64,000 nucleotides of DNA from a bacterium (lineage in GTDB: Bacteria; UBA8248). The notes under the pieces are model-generated. The model did not search any database and was not told where the DNA came from. It worked only from the letters and a program-made list of their open reading frames with translations. The DNA is taken from NCBI GenBank assembly GCA_963692865.2, contig OY843592.1, positions 608,001 through 672,000 of the forward strand, in the 5' to 3' direction. Of this stretch, positions 39,374-49,720 are shown piece after piece. How positions within the stretch are numbered: position 1 is the first letter of the stretch; each line of letters opens with the position of its first letter. A program made the position numbers and the translations under genes.

Positions 39374-40009
39374 GTGGGCGGAATCCTCCCGGTGAATCCC
39401 GACTCACCAGAAGAAGAAGTGCTCCGGCAGGCCGGTGAGGAATTGTCTTCCGGAAACATCGTCGCCCTGCCCACGGATACGATTTATGGGCTGTGCGCTT
39501 ACGCTTTCGACCATGAAGCCGTCGAGAAACTCTATGAAGCCAAGGGGAGAAAAGACGGGAAAGGCGCGCCCGTTCTCATCGGCTACCGCAATCAGTTGAT
39601 AAGACTCGCCGGCCACATCTCTCCGCGCGCCGTAAGCCTGATGGACTCTCTATGGCCTTCGGGCCTGACGCTGGTTCTGCCGGCTTCTCCCTGCCTGTCT
39701 CCCCTGCTGGCCGAAGGCGGTACGAGCGTCGCCGTTCGCATGCCCCCTCAAGCGCTTTGCCGCATCCTGGCCATGCGGGTCGGCCCGTTCGTGGCGACGA
39801 GCGCGAACCCATCCGGCGAACACCCGCTCCAAAGCGCCCAAGCGATTTCATCCCGGTTCCAAAACAAGGTAGGGTTGATCCTGGACGGCGGGAAAACGGA
39901 AAACACCCGGCCATCCACCGTCGTAGACGCGAGGGGGGAGCAACCAAGGCTTCTGCGCGAGGGCATGGTCGATTTCGATTTGGTGGTTCGCGCCTGGAAC
40001 AAGGCCTGA
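39374..40009 (+). CDS. tsaC: L-threonylcarbamoyladenylate synthase (Sua5/TsaC)
   Basis: PTDTIYGL, K.R, TSANPSG, STVVD and LREG. Confidence 0.9.
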   Translation: MGGILPVNPDSPEEEVLRQAGEELSSGNIVALPTDTIYGLCAYAFDHEAVEKLYEAKGRKDGKGAPVLIGYRNQLIRLAGHISPRAVSLMDSLWPSGLTLVLPASPCLSPLLAEGGTSVAVRMPPQALCRILAMRVGPFVATSANPSGEHPLQSAQAISSRFQNKVGLILDGGKTENTRPSTVVDARGEQPRLLREGMVDFDLVVRAWNKA

Positions 40010-40026
40010 GAAAACGCGGCCGGATT

Positions 40027-40374
40027 CTATTCGGGCTCAGGCATGTTCAAGACGACCCGGCCCTCCCCTTCGACGATACACTGACAGGCCAGTCGGTATT
40101 CACCCGGATTCCAGCCATAGGCATCCAGCGTATCTTTCTCGTCTTCCCGCTGTGGAGAGAGAAACTCGGTTCCTGAAATCACGATCACCTTACAAGTCGA
40201 ACAGGCGCAATTGCCGCCGCAATCGCAGGTATGATCGACGCCATTCTCCAAATCCGCATCCAGAATGGAATCTCCAATCTCTATTTCGTATTCGACATCC
40301 AGGTTTTCATATCGAATGGCGCCCAACAACCTACCTCCCGAAGAAATGGTGAACCAACGTTCCGAGGTTTCCAT
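40027..40374 (-). CDS. 2Fe-2S ferredoxin (adrenodoxin-type)
   Basis: CGGNCACSTC...RLACQC. Confidence 0.88.
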   Translation of the reverse strand: METSERWFTISSGGRLLGAIRYENLDVEYEIEIGDSILDADLENGVDHTCDCGGNCACSTCKVIVISGTEFLSPQREDEKDTLDAYGWNPGEYRLACQCIVEGEGRVVLNMPEPE

Positions 40375-40544
40375 CCGTGGAACGCTCTATACGGATATGA
40401 GAATTTTACGAAATCTCTTTCATCAAGGCCCAAATCTATTATCTTTCCTTGCCCCCTTTAACGGGTGCGTTCCACACTTTTGAAGCTACAATCCCTAACG
40501 ATGACGAGCGCGAATATCCAGATTACCGGAGTGCGGAGGATACG

Positions 40545-41276
40545 CTAGACCGTGCCTTTCGGGGGAAGAACCACCATCGATTCCGTCCAAGCCTTTCGAG
40601 ACTGAGAAAGCAAAAACTCGATGGCTTCCGCCACCAGTTCAGGCGGGATCATCGCCTCGAAATCGAACTCCCCTGGAATGGATTCCCACATATCCGTCGC
40701 GCAGGCGCCAAGCCGGAGAACGGCAAGGCGTATCCCCCTGGGTCTCAACTCCTCCACCAGTGCTCTGGAGAGTCCCTCAAGACCGGCTTTCGCGGCGCAA
40801 TAAGCCGACGCGTCCGGAAAACCAGACACGGCGCTAATCGAAGAGATGTTGATGACATCGCCATTCGCCGCTTCAAGCATGGGACAAAGCGCCCGCGTCA
40901 GCATAAAAGGAGCGGTAAGACACACCGATACCGTCGCATTGAACTCATCCAGCGAGAGATTCTCGATATCCTTGAAAACACCCGAACCCGCGTTGTTTAT
41001 CAGCGCATCCACGCCCTCGAGTCTTTTTTCAGCCATCTCGCTGAGCGCTTCGACTTCATCGGCTCTCGTCACGTCACAACTGTGCGGAAAAATCTGCCCC
41101 ACGCAGCCTTTTGAATCAAAAGCCAGTCTCGCCAGGGCATCGATATCCCTCGCAACGGCGAGCACTTTCGCGCCCGCTTTTGCGAGGCGAAGCGCGCTCG
41201 CACGACCGATTCCTCGAGAAGCCCCAGTGAGAACGATTCGCCTTTTTTCCAGATTTCTCGGTTCACCGAACGCCAT
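40545..41276 (-). CDS. Short-chain dehydrogenase/reductase
   Basis: TGASRGIG, NNAG and YCAAK motifs. Confidence 0.9.
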   Translation of the reverse strand: MAFGEPRNLEKRRIVLTGASRGIGRASALRLAKAGAKVLAVARDIDALARLAFDSKGCVGQIFPHSCDVTRADEVEALSEMAEKRLEGVDALINNAGSGVFKDIENLSLDEFNATVSVCLTAPFMLTRALCPMLEAANGDVINISSISAVSGFPDASAYCAAKAGLEGLSRALVEELRPRGIRLAVLRLGACATDMWESIPGEFDFEAMIPPELVAEAIEFLLSQSRKAWTESMVVLPPKGTV

Positions 41277-41691
41277 CGGGGCTTTCTCCATAATAATCCA
41301 CGAAATTTCGCTCGTTTTCATACAGGCGAACACGAAAAAGAATCTCCGTGTCTATGTGCTCAACCAAACACTCCCAAATCGAAATCGCTATGTTCTCCGC
41401 CGTCGGGATCCGGCTTTTCATGAAACCCGCAGCGTCTTCATTCAAATTCTTGTGATCGAGCGCCTCTACGACTTCCCGCCTCATGAGCTTTTTCAGGTCA
41501 GCCAGATTATAAGCCATCCCCGTTTCAGGACTCACGGGGCTTCGCAGGGTTACTTCAAAAACATAATTGTGCCCATGGTAATGCGGATTGGCGCATTTTC
41601 CGTACACGGCCTCATTGCGCTCATCGCTCCAATCGGGTCGAAACAACCGATGCGCCGCGGAGAATTCTTCTTGCCTCGTTATTTCTATCAT
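41263..41691 (-). CDS. 6-pyruvoyl-tetrahydropterin synthase family (CX5HGH, PTPS-II type)
   Basis: FSAAHRL, KCANPHYHGHNY, LDHKNLN and PTAEN. Confidence 0.88.
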   Translation of the reverse strand: MIEITRQEEFSAAHRLFRPDWSDERNEAVYGKCANPHYHGHNYVFEVTLRSPVSPETGMAYNLADLKKLMRREVVEALDHKNLNEDAAGFMKSRIPTAENIAISIWECLVEHIDTEILFRVRLYENERNFVDYYGESPDGVR

Positions 41692-41704
41692 CCGCCTTTG
41701 AGTC

Positions 41705-42910
41705 CTAAGTTGAAATCGGGTCAATCACAGAAACATCCGTTTCTACCATATCCGCATATTTTAAGCCTGTGGCCGTATTAAACGTCACGATGCGCTCATC
41801 GCGCCCGATGTCGCCCCGCTCAACCAAAACATCCAGGGCCGCGATACAGGCCCCGCCTTCCGGACAAATGAGGATCCCTTCGGAAACCCCCACTTTTCCT
41901 TGCGCCTCGAACATCATCTCATCGGAAACGGCAATCGCCGTCCCCCCGCTTTCCCGGATCGCCTGGAGGCATAAAAAATCCGCCAGAACCTTCGGCGCGC
42001 GCAAGCCGGATACCACTGTCGTAGGATTCTCCCATAGGGACGAGACGTCGTCGCGGTTCTCGTACGCCCGCACAAGCGGGGCGCAGCCCTCGGCCTGAAC
42101 GCAAATCATGCGCGGCCTTTTCTCGCCTATCCATCCCAATGCCTCAAGCTCGCCAAAGGCGCGCCACATCGCCACCAACCCCGTCCCGCCGCCGGTCGGA
42201 TAAAGAATCACATCAGGAACATCGCCATTGAGTTGCTCGACGAGTTCATAGGCCATCGTTTTCTTGCCTTCGGCCCGATAGGGCTCCTTGAACGTGGACA
42301 GTTCGAACCAACCTTCTGTCGGCGCTCTTTGTGCTACGATTTCCGCGCAATGATGGATGTAGCCGCGAACGACAGTCACATCGGCCCCCGCCAGCGCGCA
42401 TTCCACCTTATGTACGCCAGGCGCTTCTTCCGGTACAAACACAGACGCCTCGATTCCCGCTCGAGAAGCGTAAGCCGCCGCCGCGCCGCCTGCGTTTCCG
42501 GCCGTGGGAATGGCGATTTTTTTTGCGCCCAGATGCCGCGCCATCGTGATGGCTACAGACAATCCTCTGGCCTTGAAACTCCCCGTCGGATTCAGGCCCT
42601 CATCTTTCACGAACAGATTCGAAAACCCCAAAGCCTCTCCGAGATGAGGCGCTCTCAACAAAGGCGTCATACCTTCGCCGAGTGTAACGATGGCGCTTTC
42701 ATCGGGGGCCGGGAGCATTTCATGATAGCGCCATATAGAATAAGCGCGACCCGCCATATTCCTGATGTCCAAAGTCCGCGCGGCGACTCCGGTGTCATAC
42801 CGCGCCAGCAACGGAGCACCACCGGGGCTGAGACTCATCAAGCCGCCGGGTTCGAATTGTTCTTCGGTTTTTGAACACTCTAGTCCTATGAATGCAGAGA
42901 AAGAATTCAT
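41705..42910 (-). CDS. thrC: Threonine synthase-like PLP enzyme
   Basis: TLGEGMTPL, KDEGLNPTGSFKARG, EGKKTMAYE and PTGGGTG. Confidence 0.85.
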   Translation of the reverse strand: MNSFSAFIGLECSKTEEQFEPGGLMSLSPGGAPLLARYDTGVAARTLDIRNMAGRAYSIWRYHEMLPAPDESAIVTLGEGMTPLLRAPHLGEALGFSNLFVKDEGLNPTGSFKARGLSVAITMARHLGAKKIAIPTAGNAGGAAAAYASRAGIEASVFVPEEAPGVHKVECALAGADVTVVRGYIHHCAEIVAQRAPTEGWFELSTFKEPYRAEGKKTMAYELVEQLNGDVPDVILYPTGGGTGLVAMWRAFGELEALGWIGEKRPRMICVQAEGCAPLVRAYENRDDVSSLWENPTTVVSGLRAPKVLADFLCLQAIRESGGTAIAVSDEMMFEAQGKVGVSEGILICPEGGACIAALDVLVERGDIGRDERIVTFNTATGLKYADMVETDVSVIDPIST

Positions 42911-43031
42911 CTTGGAGTCTCATGTTTGAAGTTTTCGTTCTCGATATTGTTGCATCAAAAACACTTTGCTACCTTTTCATTGATTCCCATAACGATATCG
43001 TCATCATCGCTGCCCCCGCAAGGAGAAACCA

Positions 43032-43910
43032 ATGGCACGCAAAGTTAAGGCATTGCCGGGCCCGGCAAAAACCCAAGGATTCGTTGAAATCGCAGAGGGC
43101 GTACATATTTTCATTGGCGGAGACGGCAACACGAATTTCGGCCTTGTTCTTACAGACGAAAAACCCGTCATCGTTGATAACGACATCCGGATACGAAAAG
43201 CCTTTGTATCCGGAATGAAAGAAATCACTCGAAAATCGCCCGGGCTGGTGCTTAATACCCACCACAATTTCGACCACACCTCCGATAACGGTTATTACCA
43301 CAAACGAGGAGCCGTTTCCGTTGGTGAGGAAAACGTGCGCTTGGAGATGGAACGCGAAGAGAACGAGGGCATTTGGGTGAAGCAAATGGCAGGCAGGCCG
43401 CAAAAAGTGGAACACTTGATCGGCAAACTCCACATCGCACCACCCATGGTGACGTTCGGGGGCGAAATTTCCGTCCGTTACGGCGGGCGATTGTTCGAGA
43501 TGGTTCATGTTGGTCATTGTCACACAAAAGGAGACACCGTTGTCTGGATGCCGGAGGAGAGAGTTCTCTTCACGGGGGATCTGCTCGACTATCGGACTCA
43601 CCCGGTGGCAAGGCTAGGGAATTTCGGTAACTGGATAGATGCGATTCCAAAATTAAAGAAACTCCCCGCCAAGTTCCTCGTCCCCGGTCATGGGCCCATT
43701 CCCACTCAGCCCGCCTCAAAAGTATGGGATGAGTTCAGAGGCTACATGACGAAATTGCGCTCGCGCACCGCCGCTGCCCTGAAAAAACATCGGACTCTCG
43801 CAAAAGCGATTCCGAGCGTTCACATGGCTGAATACCGCAATTGGTTTAGAGCAAACCTCGTTCCACAAAACGCGACGTTAATGGCAAAGGAATTAAGAAA
43901 AAGAAGGTGA
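43032..43910 (+). CDS. MBL-fold metallo-hydrolase
   Basis: THHNFDH, HTKGD, FTGDLL and VPGHG. Confidence 0.88.
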   Translation: MARKVKALPGPAKTQGFVEIAEGVHIFIGGDGNTNFGLVLTDEKPVIVDNDIRIRKAFVSGMKEITRKSPGLVLNTHHNFDHTSDNGYYHKRGAVSVGEENVRLEMEREENEGIWVKQMAGRPQKVEHLIGKLHIAPPMVTFGGEISVRYGGRLFEMVHVGHCHTKGDTVVWMPEERVLFTGDLLDYRTHPVARLGNFGNWIDAIPKLKKLPAKFLVPGHGPIPTQPASKVWDEFRGYMTKLRSRTAAALKKHRTLAKAIPSVHMAEYRNWFRANLVPQNATLMAKELRKRR

Positions 43911-43915
43911 GAACT

Positions 43916-44545
43916 TCACGCCCACTCCGTTGGCGGTGCTTCTCCCCGGAAATATCCAGGGGGAACATCCCCTCGGACGCGACGGGCAATCAAACGCTTT
44001 CTCGTCAAAGAAAAACGGCTTTCCACTTCGGCCGACGAAGACCACGGCTCTTCAGACTGAAAACCGCCCACCCGAATTTCTCCTTCCACAATCAAGACGC
44101 CATCCTCCACCTTGGGAGTATTTCTCACTACGCCTGATTTTTCATCCCAAAACTGCACGGCCCCATCGTTTGCATCGAAAGCATAGACAGCGCCTTCTCG
44201 TTTCCAGTCTACGGCTGCAAAAGGACCTCCCTTTTCTTCTCTCTTCATCGCTACCCTGCTCGTGCCTACGATATACAAATCCCCCCAGATGAGAGGGGGC
44301 GCTATCACCCAACCAGCCGTGTTCTCCACCCGCCAACGGAAATTGCCGCTCTCGCGATCGACTGCAAAAAAATGCCCCTTTTCCTGATCGTTCAGAACGG
44401 CGAAAATTCCCTTTTCATCCGAAGCATACAACGAAGTATGCACTCCAAGGCGTTCAAGAAGCTCGTCGGGTGGAATCGTCACAGAATCTACCTCTTCATC
44501 CGCGATCATCGTTACAAACCGAACATAAACATTCAGCCATAGCAT
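43916..44545 (-). CDS. PQQ/BamB-like beta-propeller repeat protein (short)
   Basis: FAVDRESGNFRW and VYAFDANDG repeats; only 2-3 blades visible. Confidence 0.55.
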   Translation of the reverse strand: MLWLNVYVRFVTMIADEEVDSVTIPPDELLERLGVHTSLYASDEKGIFAVLNDQEKGHFFAVDRESGNFRWRVENTAGWVIAPPLIWGDLYIVGTSRVAMKREEKGGPFAAVDWKREGAVYAFDANDGAVQFWDEKSGVVRNTPKVEDGVLIVEGEIRVGGFQSEEPWSSSAEVESRFSLTRKRLIARRVRGDVPPGYFRGEAPPTEWA

Positions 44546-44696
44546 ACCCTATATAGAAAATGCCTTTCATCTCTTTCCCGCCAAGCGGGATGGAGCAGCG
44601 CGCTGTTCATCAAGCTCGTGCGTTATGATTATTTTTGATAAAATTGGTGGAACAAGCATTGTTAAAAATGGATGTTCTAGAAAAAGGAGATTTCAC

Positions 44697-45269
44697 ATGG
44701 CCGTCGTCACCATTTCACGCCAATACGGGACCGGTGGAATTTTCATTGCGCGCAAGCTTGCGGACAAATTGAACCATGCGTTTCTGGGACGCGATGAACT
44801 CGTCGAAGTTTGCGAACAACGCGGCCTGACCCTGGACTTAGAGAAAATAGAAGGGCGCGCTCCAACAATCCTGGAGCGTACTTTCGGCGTGAGGCGCGAC
44901 AGCTTGCGAGGCGTTTTGGCTGAATGCATGAACGAAGCGGCGGATAAAGGAAACGTCGTTATCGGCGGGTGGGGAGGTCAAGTGCTTTTGAAGGATCGAC
45001 CCGATGCCCTTCATCTTCGAATCGTCGGCAGCATGGAAGCCCGCATCCGACATTTCATGGAATCCTCAGGCGTAACCAGAACGGCCGCAGAAGAAACCAT
45101 CAAGAGATCCGACCGGGATCAAGGTTTGTTTTCCCAATACTTTTTCAATGTCGATTTCGCCGACTCAACTCTCTATCACGGCACATTTAACATCGAACAA
45201 ACCTCGTCCGAAAGCATGATTTCTTTTATCGAATCGATGATTGCAGAAAAAGAAAGAACGGCTTCATGA
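44697..45269 (+). CDS. Cytidylate kinase-like family protein
   Basis: VTISRQYGTGG..IA..LA, GNVVI.G and SD.D....YF; AGGAG RBS. Confidence 0.85.
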   Translation: MAVVTISRQYGTGGIFIARKLADKLNHAFLGRDELVEVCEQRGLTLDLEKIEGRAPTILERTFGVRRDSLRGVLAECMNEAADKGNVVIGGWGGQVLLKDRPDALHLRIVGSMEARIRHFMESSGVTRTAAEETIKRSDRDQGLFSQYFFNVDFADSTLYHGTFNIEQTSSESMISFIESMIAEKERTAS

Positions 45270-45419
45270 ACAGAAACCAAAACCCGATTTCCATATCATA
45301 TTCTATCCGGTAGGTTTTGAACTTCTATGTCTCCCAAAATACCTCCACGGAAAGGTATATTCACCTCCATCCAACCAGAAGAGAGGCGGCGCCGGCTTCG
45401 TAAAAACTGCCATGAAAAA

Positions 45420-46655
45420 TCATCCTTTTCTTCTCTTTGCTTGCGAGGACGCCGCCGCCACTGCAATAAGCGATAACATCTGAACAACCAAAACCAGAAT
45501 AAACGCCCAGTAATAGCTTTCCCACAAGTCAAAAATATATCCCGCGACCCAAGGCCCGACGGCCGAGGCCAGTCCCCCTCCCGTTTGGCTGAAACCCAGG
45601 ATTCGGCCAAAACTCTTGCCGGCGAAAATATCCGCCTTGATCGATACGAAAATCGCGCCCCGGGCCCCGGCACCAATGCCGTACACCAAAACATAGGTAT
45701 ATCCCAGCCAAGCACGCTGCTCAGATAAATTCATCAACAGAAAAACACCCGACATGGCAACCAAGCTGAGCAGATAAAAAGTTCGGGTTCGGCCAATTTT
45801 GTCTCCTGCCCATCCGCCCAAAATACCTCCCAAGGCTCTGACTACGGCCAGACCTCCTATCAGAGAGGCGGCTTTCATGGTGCTCATTCCCACATCAACC
45901 ATGTGAGCGGCCTGGTGCACACCGACCACGCTGAAACCAACGCCATTAAATATCCCCGCCAGAAACAACAGCCAAAAAACAGAATCGGACAGGGCTTCTT
46001 TCAAGGTCCAGCTCGATCCGATGTCGTCTCCTGCTTTTCTTTCCGTTATGTCGGCGCGGCTGCGATGTAAAAACACATTCAAGGGAACCAACAAAACGAT
46101 GATGCCAATCCCCAGCAAAACATACGCCGCGCGCCATCCGAAAACTGCGATTAGAAAAGCGGAAAACGGAACCATGACGATGCCGCCGCAACTCCTCCCC
46201 GATAACGATATCCCCATCGCCACGGAGCGGCGTTGTGTAAACCATTGACTAACAACAGTACTCGTAGGAATAAACCCAAACATGGTAACGCCTAGTGCAA
46301 CGACGCCTCCATAGAAGAAATACAAGGTGGGCAAACTGGAAACCTGTGACATCAATGCAAGACCGACGCCTAGAATCGTGATGCCCGTAGGAATGATTAC
46401 TCTCGGACCCCACCGGTCTACCATAGCCCCGATAAAGCCGGCGGAAATCGCAAACGTGGCCATCGAGAAAGAAAACGCCAGGGCGGTGTCCGCCCTGGAC
46501 CACCCGAATTCACTGAGAAACGCCACGTAAAAAACGGGAAACGTTCCAACAATGGAGCCACCGACAGCCATGGTGAAAAAGGTGAGGCCCACTATCGCCC
46601 AGCCAAAATAGCGGCTTGAATTCTCACTCGCTTTTTCTGAAAAATAGAAGTTCAT
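45420..46655 (-). CDS. MFS transporter
   Basis: About 12 TM helices; G.MVDRWGPR and G.AGDKIGR motif A repeats. Confidence 0.88.
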   Translation of the reverse strand: MNFYFSEKASENSSRYFGWAIVGLTFFTMAVGGSIVGTFPVFYVAFLSEFGWSRADTALAFSFSMATFAISAGFIGAMVDRWGPRVIIPTGITILGVGLALMSQVSSLPTLYFFYGGVVALGVTMFGFIPTSTVVSQWFTQRRSVAMGISLSGRSCGGIVMVPFSAFLIAVFGWRAAYVLLGIGIIVLLVPLNVFLHRSRADITERKAGDDIGSSWTLKEALSDSVFWLLFLAGIFNGVGFSVVGVHQAAHMVDVGMSTMKAASLIGGLAVVRALGGILGGWAGDKIGRTRTFYLLSLVAMSGVFLLMNLSEQRAWLGYTYVLVYGIGAGARGAIFVSIKADIFAGKSFGRILGFSQTGGGLASAVGPWVAGYIFDLWESYYWAFILVLVVQMLSLIAVAAASSQAKRRKG

Positions 46656-46789
46656 TTCGCTGAATCCGCGACAGAAAAAATACAGGCGCCCCACCAAAGA
46701 GGCGCCTAAGAAATCATGGTTCCCCAAAATTTTCGTTTTGGGAAAACCTGCTACATAAAATGAAGCCCTTGGGCAAGCAAAATGGAGGA

Positions 46790-47947
46790 TCAGACACGCA
46801 TCGGCATTACAACATACGTATAACCATCCGAGTCCTCGGGAGAGAGCACTCCAGGGCTCAGCGAATCCTTTAACTCCATGCTGATTTGCTCTTCATCCAA
46901 TATGGAGAGCGCATCCAGACAATACCTTGAATTAAACCCAATCGTGATGTCAGTCTGCGCGCTCGATTCTATGATTTCCTCGGCTTCTCCTGCCTCCGAG
47001 CCGTTCGTTGTCAACCTCAACTGGCCCGGAGTGAACTCAAACTTCACCATGCGTGTTTCATTAGTAAAAAGGGAAACCCGCCTGAGCGCCTGCGTTAGAC
47101 TTTCTCGGTTTATCAAAATGGAATGCTCATTGTTATCTGGAATCACCTGCCTGTATTTCGGAAATTCACCATCTATCAACCGGGCCGATAAAGCAATGTT
47201 TTCCATTTGAAAAATGATGTGGTTTGGCGTGAGAGAGGCAGCCGCTTCTTCTCCTGAAAGAGACAAACCCTGCCCGCTCGGGACATGGGTAAGAGAAATA
47301 GATACGTCACCCTCGACCCCCTGCAAGAGCTTTACGAGTTCTCCCAAAGCTTTTTTGTGAACAATTACCCCTTCGTCAAGTACCAACCCTTCGCTCGGCC
47401 GCTCGATCATCGCCAACCGGTGGCCATCCGTAGCGACAAGACGCAGGGTATCGGCTTCGGTTTCCATGAAAACGCCATTGTAGGTATAGCGCGTTTCATC
47501 CTGAGATATCGCAAACATCGTCTTTCGAATCATTTCCGATAAAACCGAGGCGGAAATCGTATGCGCTTTTGATTCTTTCGATTCAGGAAGCGCGGGAAAC
47601 TCTGAAGGCGGCAGCCCCGGAAAACGGAATTTCGAGCGCTCGCAACGCATTTCAATCCATTGTCCATCTTCTTCTGCAAAGTGAACCTCCGCCTCGGGAA
47701 GCTCTCGAACAATGTCAAACAATTTCCTTGCATTCAGCGTAACTTGGCCCGCTTTTTCTACTTCGGCCTCGAACATTCCCCGCATACTGATATCAAGATT
47801 CGTGCCCAACAAGCGTATGTTCTTGTTGCCTTCGGTCTCGACAAGCACATTTTGCAATATTGGCATTGCGCTGCTTCTGTTTTCGACGACACCTTGTATC
47901 GTTTGAAGGGCTCTGAGCAACGTATCCCTTGAAATGGCTAACTCCAC
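46790..47947 (-). CDS. dnaN: DNA polymerase III beta clamp
   Basis: MPILQNVL, DETRY..NGV, VATDGHRLA, RLIDGEFP.Y and YVVMPMRV. Confidence 0.95.
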   Translation of the reverse strand: MELAISRDTLLRALQTIQGVVENRSSAMPILQNVLVETEGNKNIRLLGTNLDISMRGMFEAEVEKAGQVTLNARKLFDIVRELPEAEVHFAEEDGQWIEMRCERSKFRFPGLPPSEFPALPESKESKAHTISASVLSEMIRKTMFAISQDETRYTYNGVFMETEADTLRLVATDGHRLAMIERPSEGLVLDEGVIVHKKALGELVKLLQGVEGDVSISLTHVPSGQGLSLSGEEAAASLTPNHIIFQMENIALSARLIDGEFPKYRQVIPDNNEHSILINRESLTQALRRVSLFTNETRMVKFEFTPGQLRLTTNGSEAGEAEEIIESSAQTDITIGFNSRYCLDALSILDEEQISMELKDSLSPGVLSPEDSDGYTYVVMPMRV

Positions 47948-48320
47948 GGTACCGACTCCTTGTAATGGAACAGGGTTTTACAAATCATTGATCAGCATCA
48001 ACTCGAGTGCTGGTTCGATAATAACAATTATAAGGTCTCTTGGGCATAAGTTTCATATAAACCAAAGATGGACACAGGGCAAGGGGACGGATTTCTTGAA
48101 AAAACTTTTTGTCGCTCGATGAAACTTGATTCCATGAATTTCGGACACAAAACGTCATTTCACCAATAGACCTCCGGGAAGAGGAGAGATGCAGAAAACA
48201 GTGCCATGAGAGTCAAGTCACGAAAAGAAAAAGGGAAGGGCGCAATTCTTGAATCATTTATTTGAAATGGTAAGATGATCGCCTTGTTAATGCGAAGGTT
48301 CTCCAACCCATCTTTTTGTC

Positions 48321-49073
48321 ATGAATAAACCGACTTCCCAGCGTTCTATACTGCACGTTTACGCACATCCGGATGATGAATCCTTTGGAAACCCTGCCAC
48401 ATTCGCGTTCTACGCAAACCAGGGTGTGCGAATGGGTCTCCTTACCCTCACACGAGGAGAAGCCGGTCTCACAAACGACGTATGTCAGCCCGATGAATTA
48501 GGCGATGTCCGGGAAAAAGAGTTGGAAAACGCCTGCCGTGTGCTTGGCATCGAAGATATGACGCTCTGGAATTACCCGGATGGCGGACTGAAATCTATTG
48601 ATGACTCGGAAATCCTGTCCCGTATCGAAGGGTTTATCCGAAACTTTTCTCCCGACGTGGTCGTGACGTATGGAGAAGACGGCGTTACCGGCCATCCCGA
48701 CCACATCACTGTTGGCGGCTGGGCCACGAAGACCTTCCATCGGCTTGTGAGGAAATATCCAAAAACTGCTCCCAAGCGCCTGTACCATCGAATATCACCT
48801 GTGAAAAGACGCGCTTTATACAATCGCTCCGACCTCGTATATCGGGACGATTACACAACCATTGTCGATGGGAGAAACTTTCCGAATGCGAGGTTAACAG
48901 CGCATGCATGCCACCGCTCCCAAAAACAAGCCACGGATTACACGCAACCAAGAGTGTTCGAGGCAGGGCTGGTGGATTATTATGTCAGGCAGTACCCCGT
49001 TTGGTGCGATGGTCCGCTCGAGGCCGATCTGTTCGGGGATTCTTACCATGCCGATGAAACCGAATTGCCCTGA
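48321..49073 (+). CDS. PIG-L family deacetylase
   Basis: AHPDDE, T.GEAG, GHPDH and CH.SQ. Confidence 0.9.
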   Translation: MNKPTSQRSILHVYAHPDDESFGNPATFAFYANQGVRMGLLTLTRGEAGLTNDVCQPDELGDVREKELENACRVLGIEDMTLWNYPDGGLKSIDDSEILSRIEGFIRNFSPDVVVTYGEDGVTGHPDHITVGGWATKTFHRLVRKYPKTAPKRLYHRISPVKRRALYNRSDLVYRDDYTTIVDGRNFPNARLTAHACHRSQKQATDYTQPRVFEAGLVDYYVRQYPVWCDGPLEADLFGDSYHADETELP

Positions 49074-49074
49074 A

Positions 49075-49719
49075 TTACACCACCCTTCCATACGCTAACC
49101 GCACATTTCTCACTGAAAGAGAACTTGCCCATTCCGGTATGTGCGTGCTCACGACCAAAGTGATTCCTGAGGCAGCTAACTCTTTGATTATTTCGACAAT
49201 AAGTTTGCTGTTTTCCTCATCCAAATGAGAAATGGGCTCATCCAGGAGAAGGGTTTCCGCTCCTGCCGCTAACGCCCTGGCAAGGGCTACGCGCTTCTTC
49301 TCCCCCCCGGAGAGTTTTGCAGCATCTCTGTGAATCAAACCTTCACATCGCGTTTTGAGAATTGCTTCTTCAGCCTTTTCTTTCGCTTGCAACATGCTCA
49401 TCCCGCGCGCACGGAGCCCATAAGAAACATTCAGCAACACGTTTCCCCGAAAAAGATACGGCTCCTGGGCAAGGAGGGTGACCCTTCTTCTGTGTTCGAG
49501 TCCTGCTTTGCCGAAACTGATGTGCTCACTCTTATATTGGATGATGCCATCCTCAGGCATGAGCAAACCCGCCATCACTCGCAAGAGCGTGGTTTTCCCG
49601 GAACCATTTGCTCCTGTAAGCAGCACCACCTCTCCAGACGAAACCATCACCTTCTCGATATCCAGAACCAATTCGGCCTCATATCGAAATTTCACGCTTT
49701 CCAGAAAAAACACTTCCAT
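49075..49719 (-). CDS. tupC: Tungstate ABC transporter ATPase
   Basis: GANGSGKTT, LSGGE and LLLDEP; in an operon with tupAB. Confidence 0.8.
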   Translation of the reverse strand: MEVFFLESVKFRYEAELVLDIEKVMVSSGEVVLLTGANGSGKTTLLRVMAGLLMPEDGIIQYKSEHISFGKAGLEHRRRVTLLAQEPYLFRGNVLLNVSYGLRARGMSMLQAKEKAEEAILKTRCEGLIHRDAAKLSGGEKKRVALARALAAGAETLLLDEPISHLDEENSKLIVEIIKELAASGITLVVSTHIPEWASSLSVRNVRLAYGRVV

Positions 49720-49720
49720 A

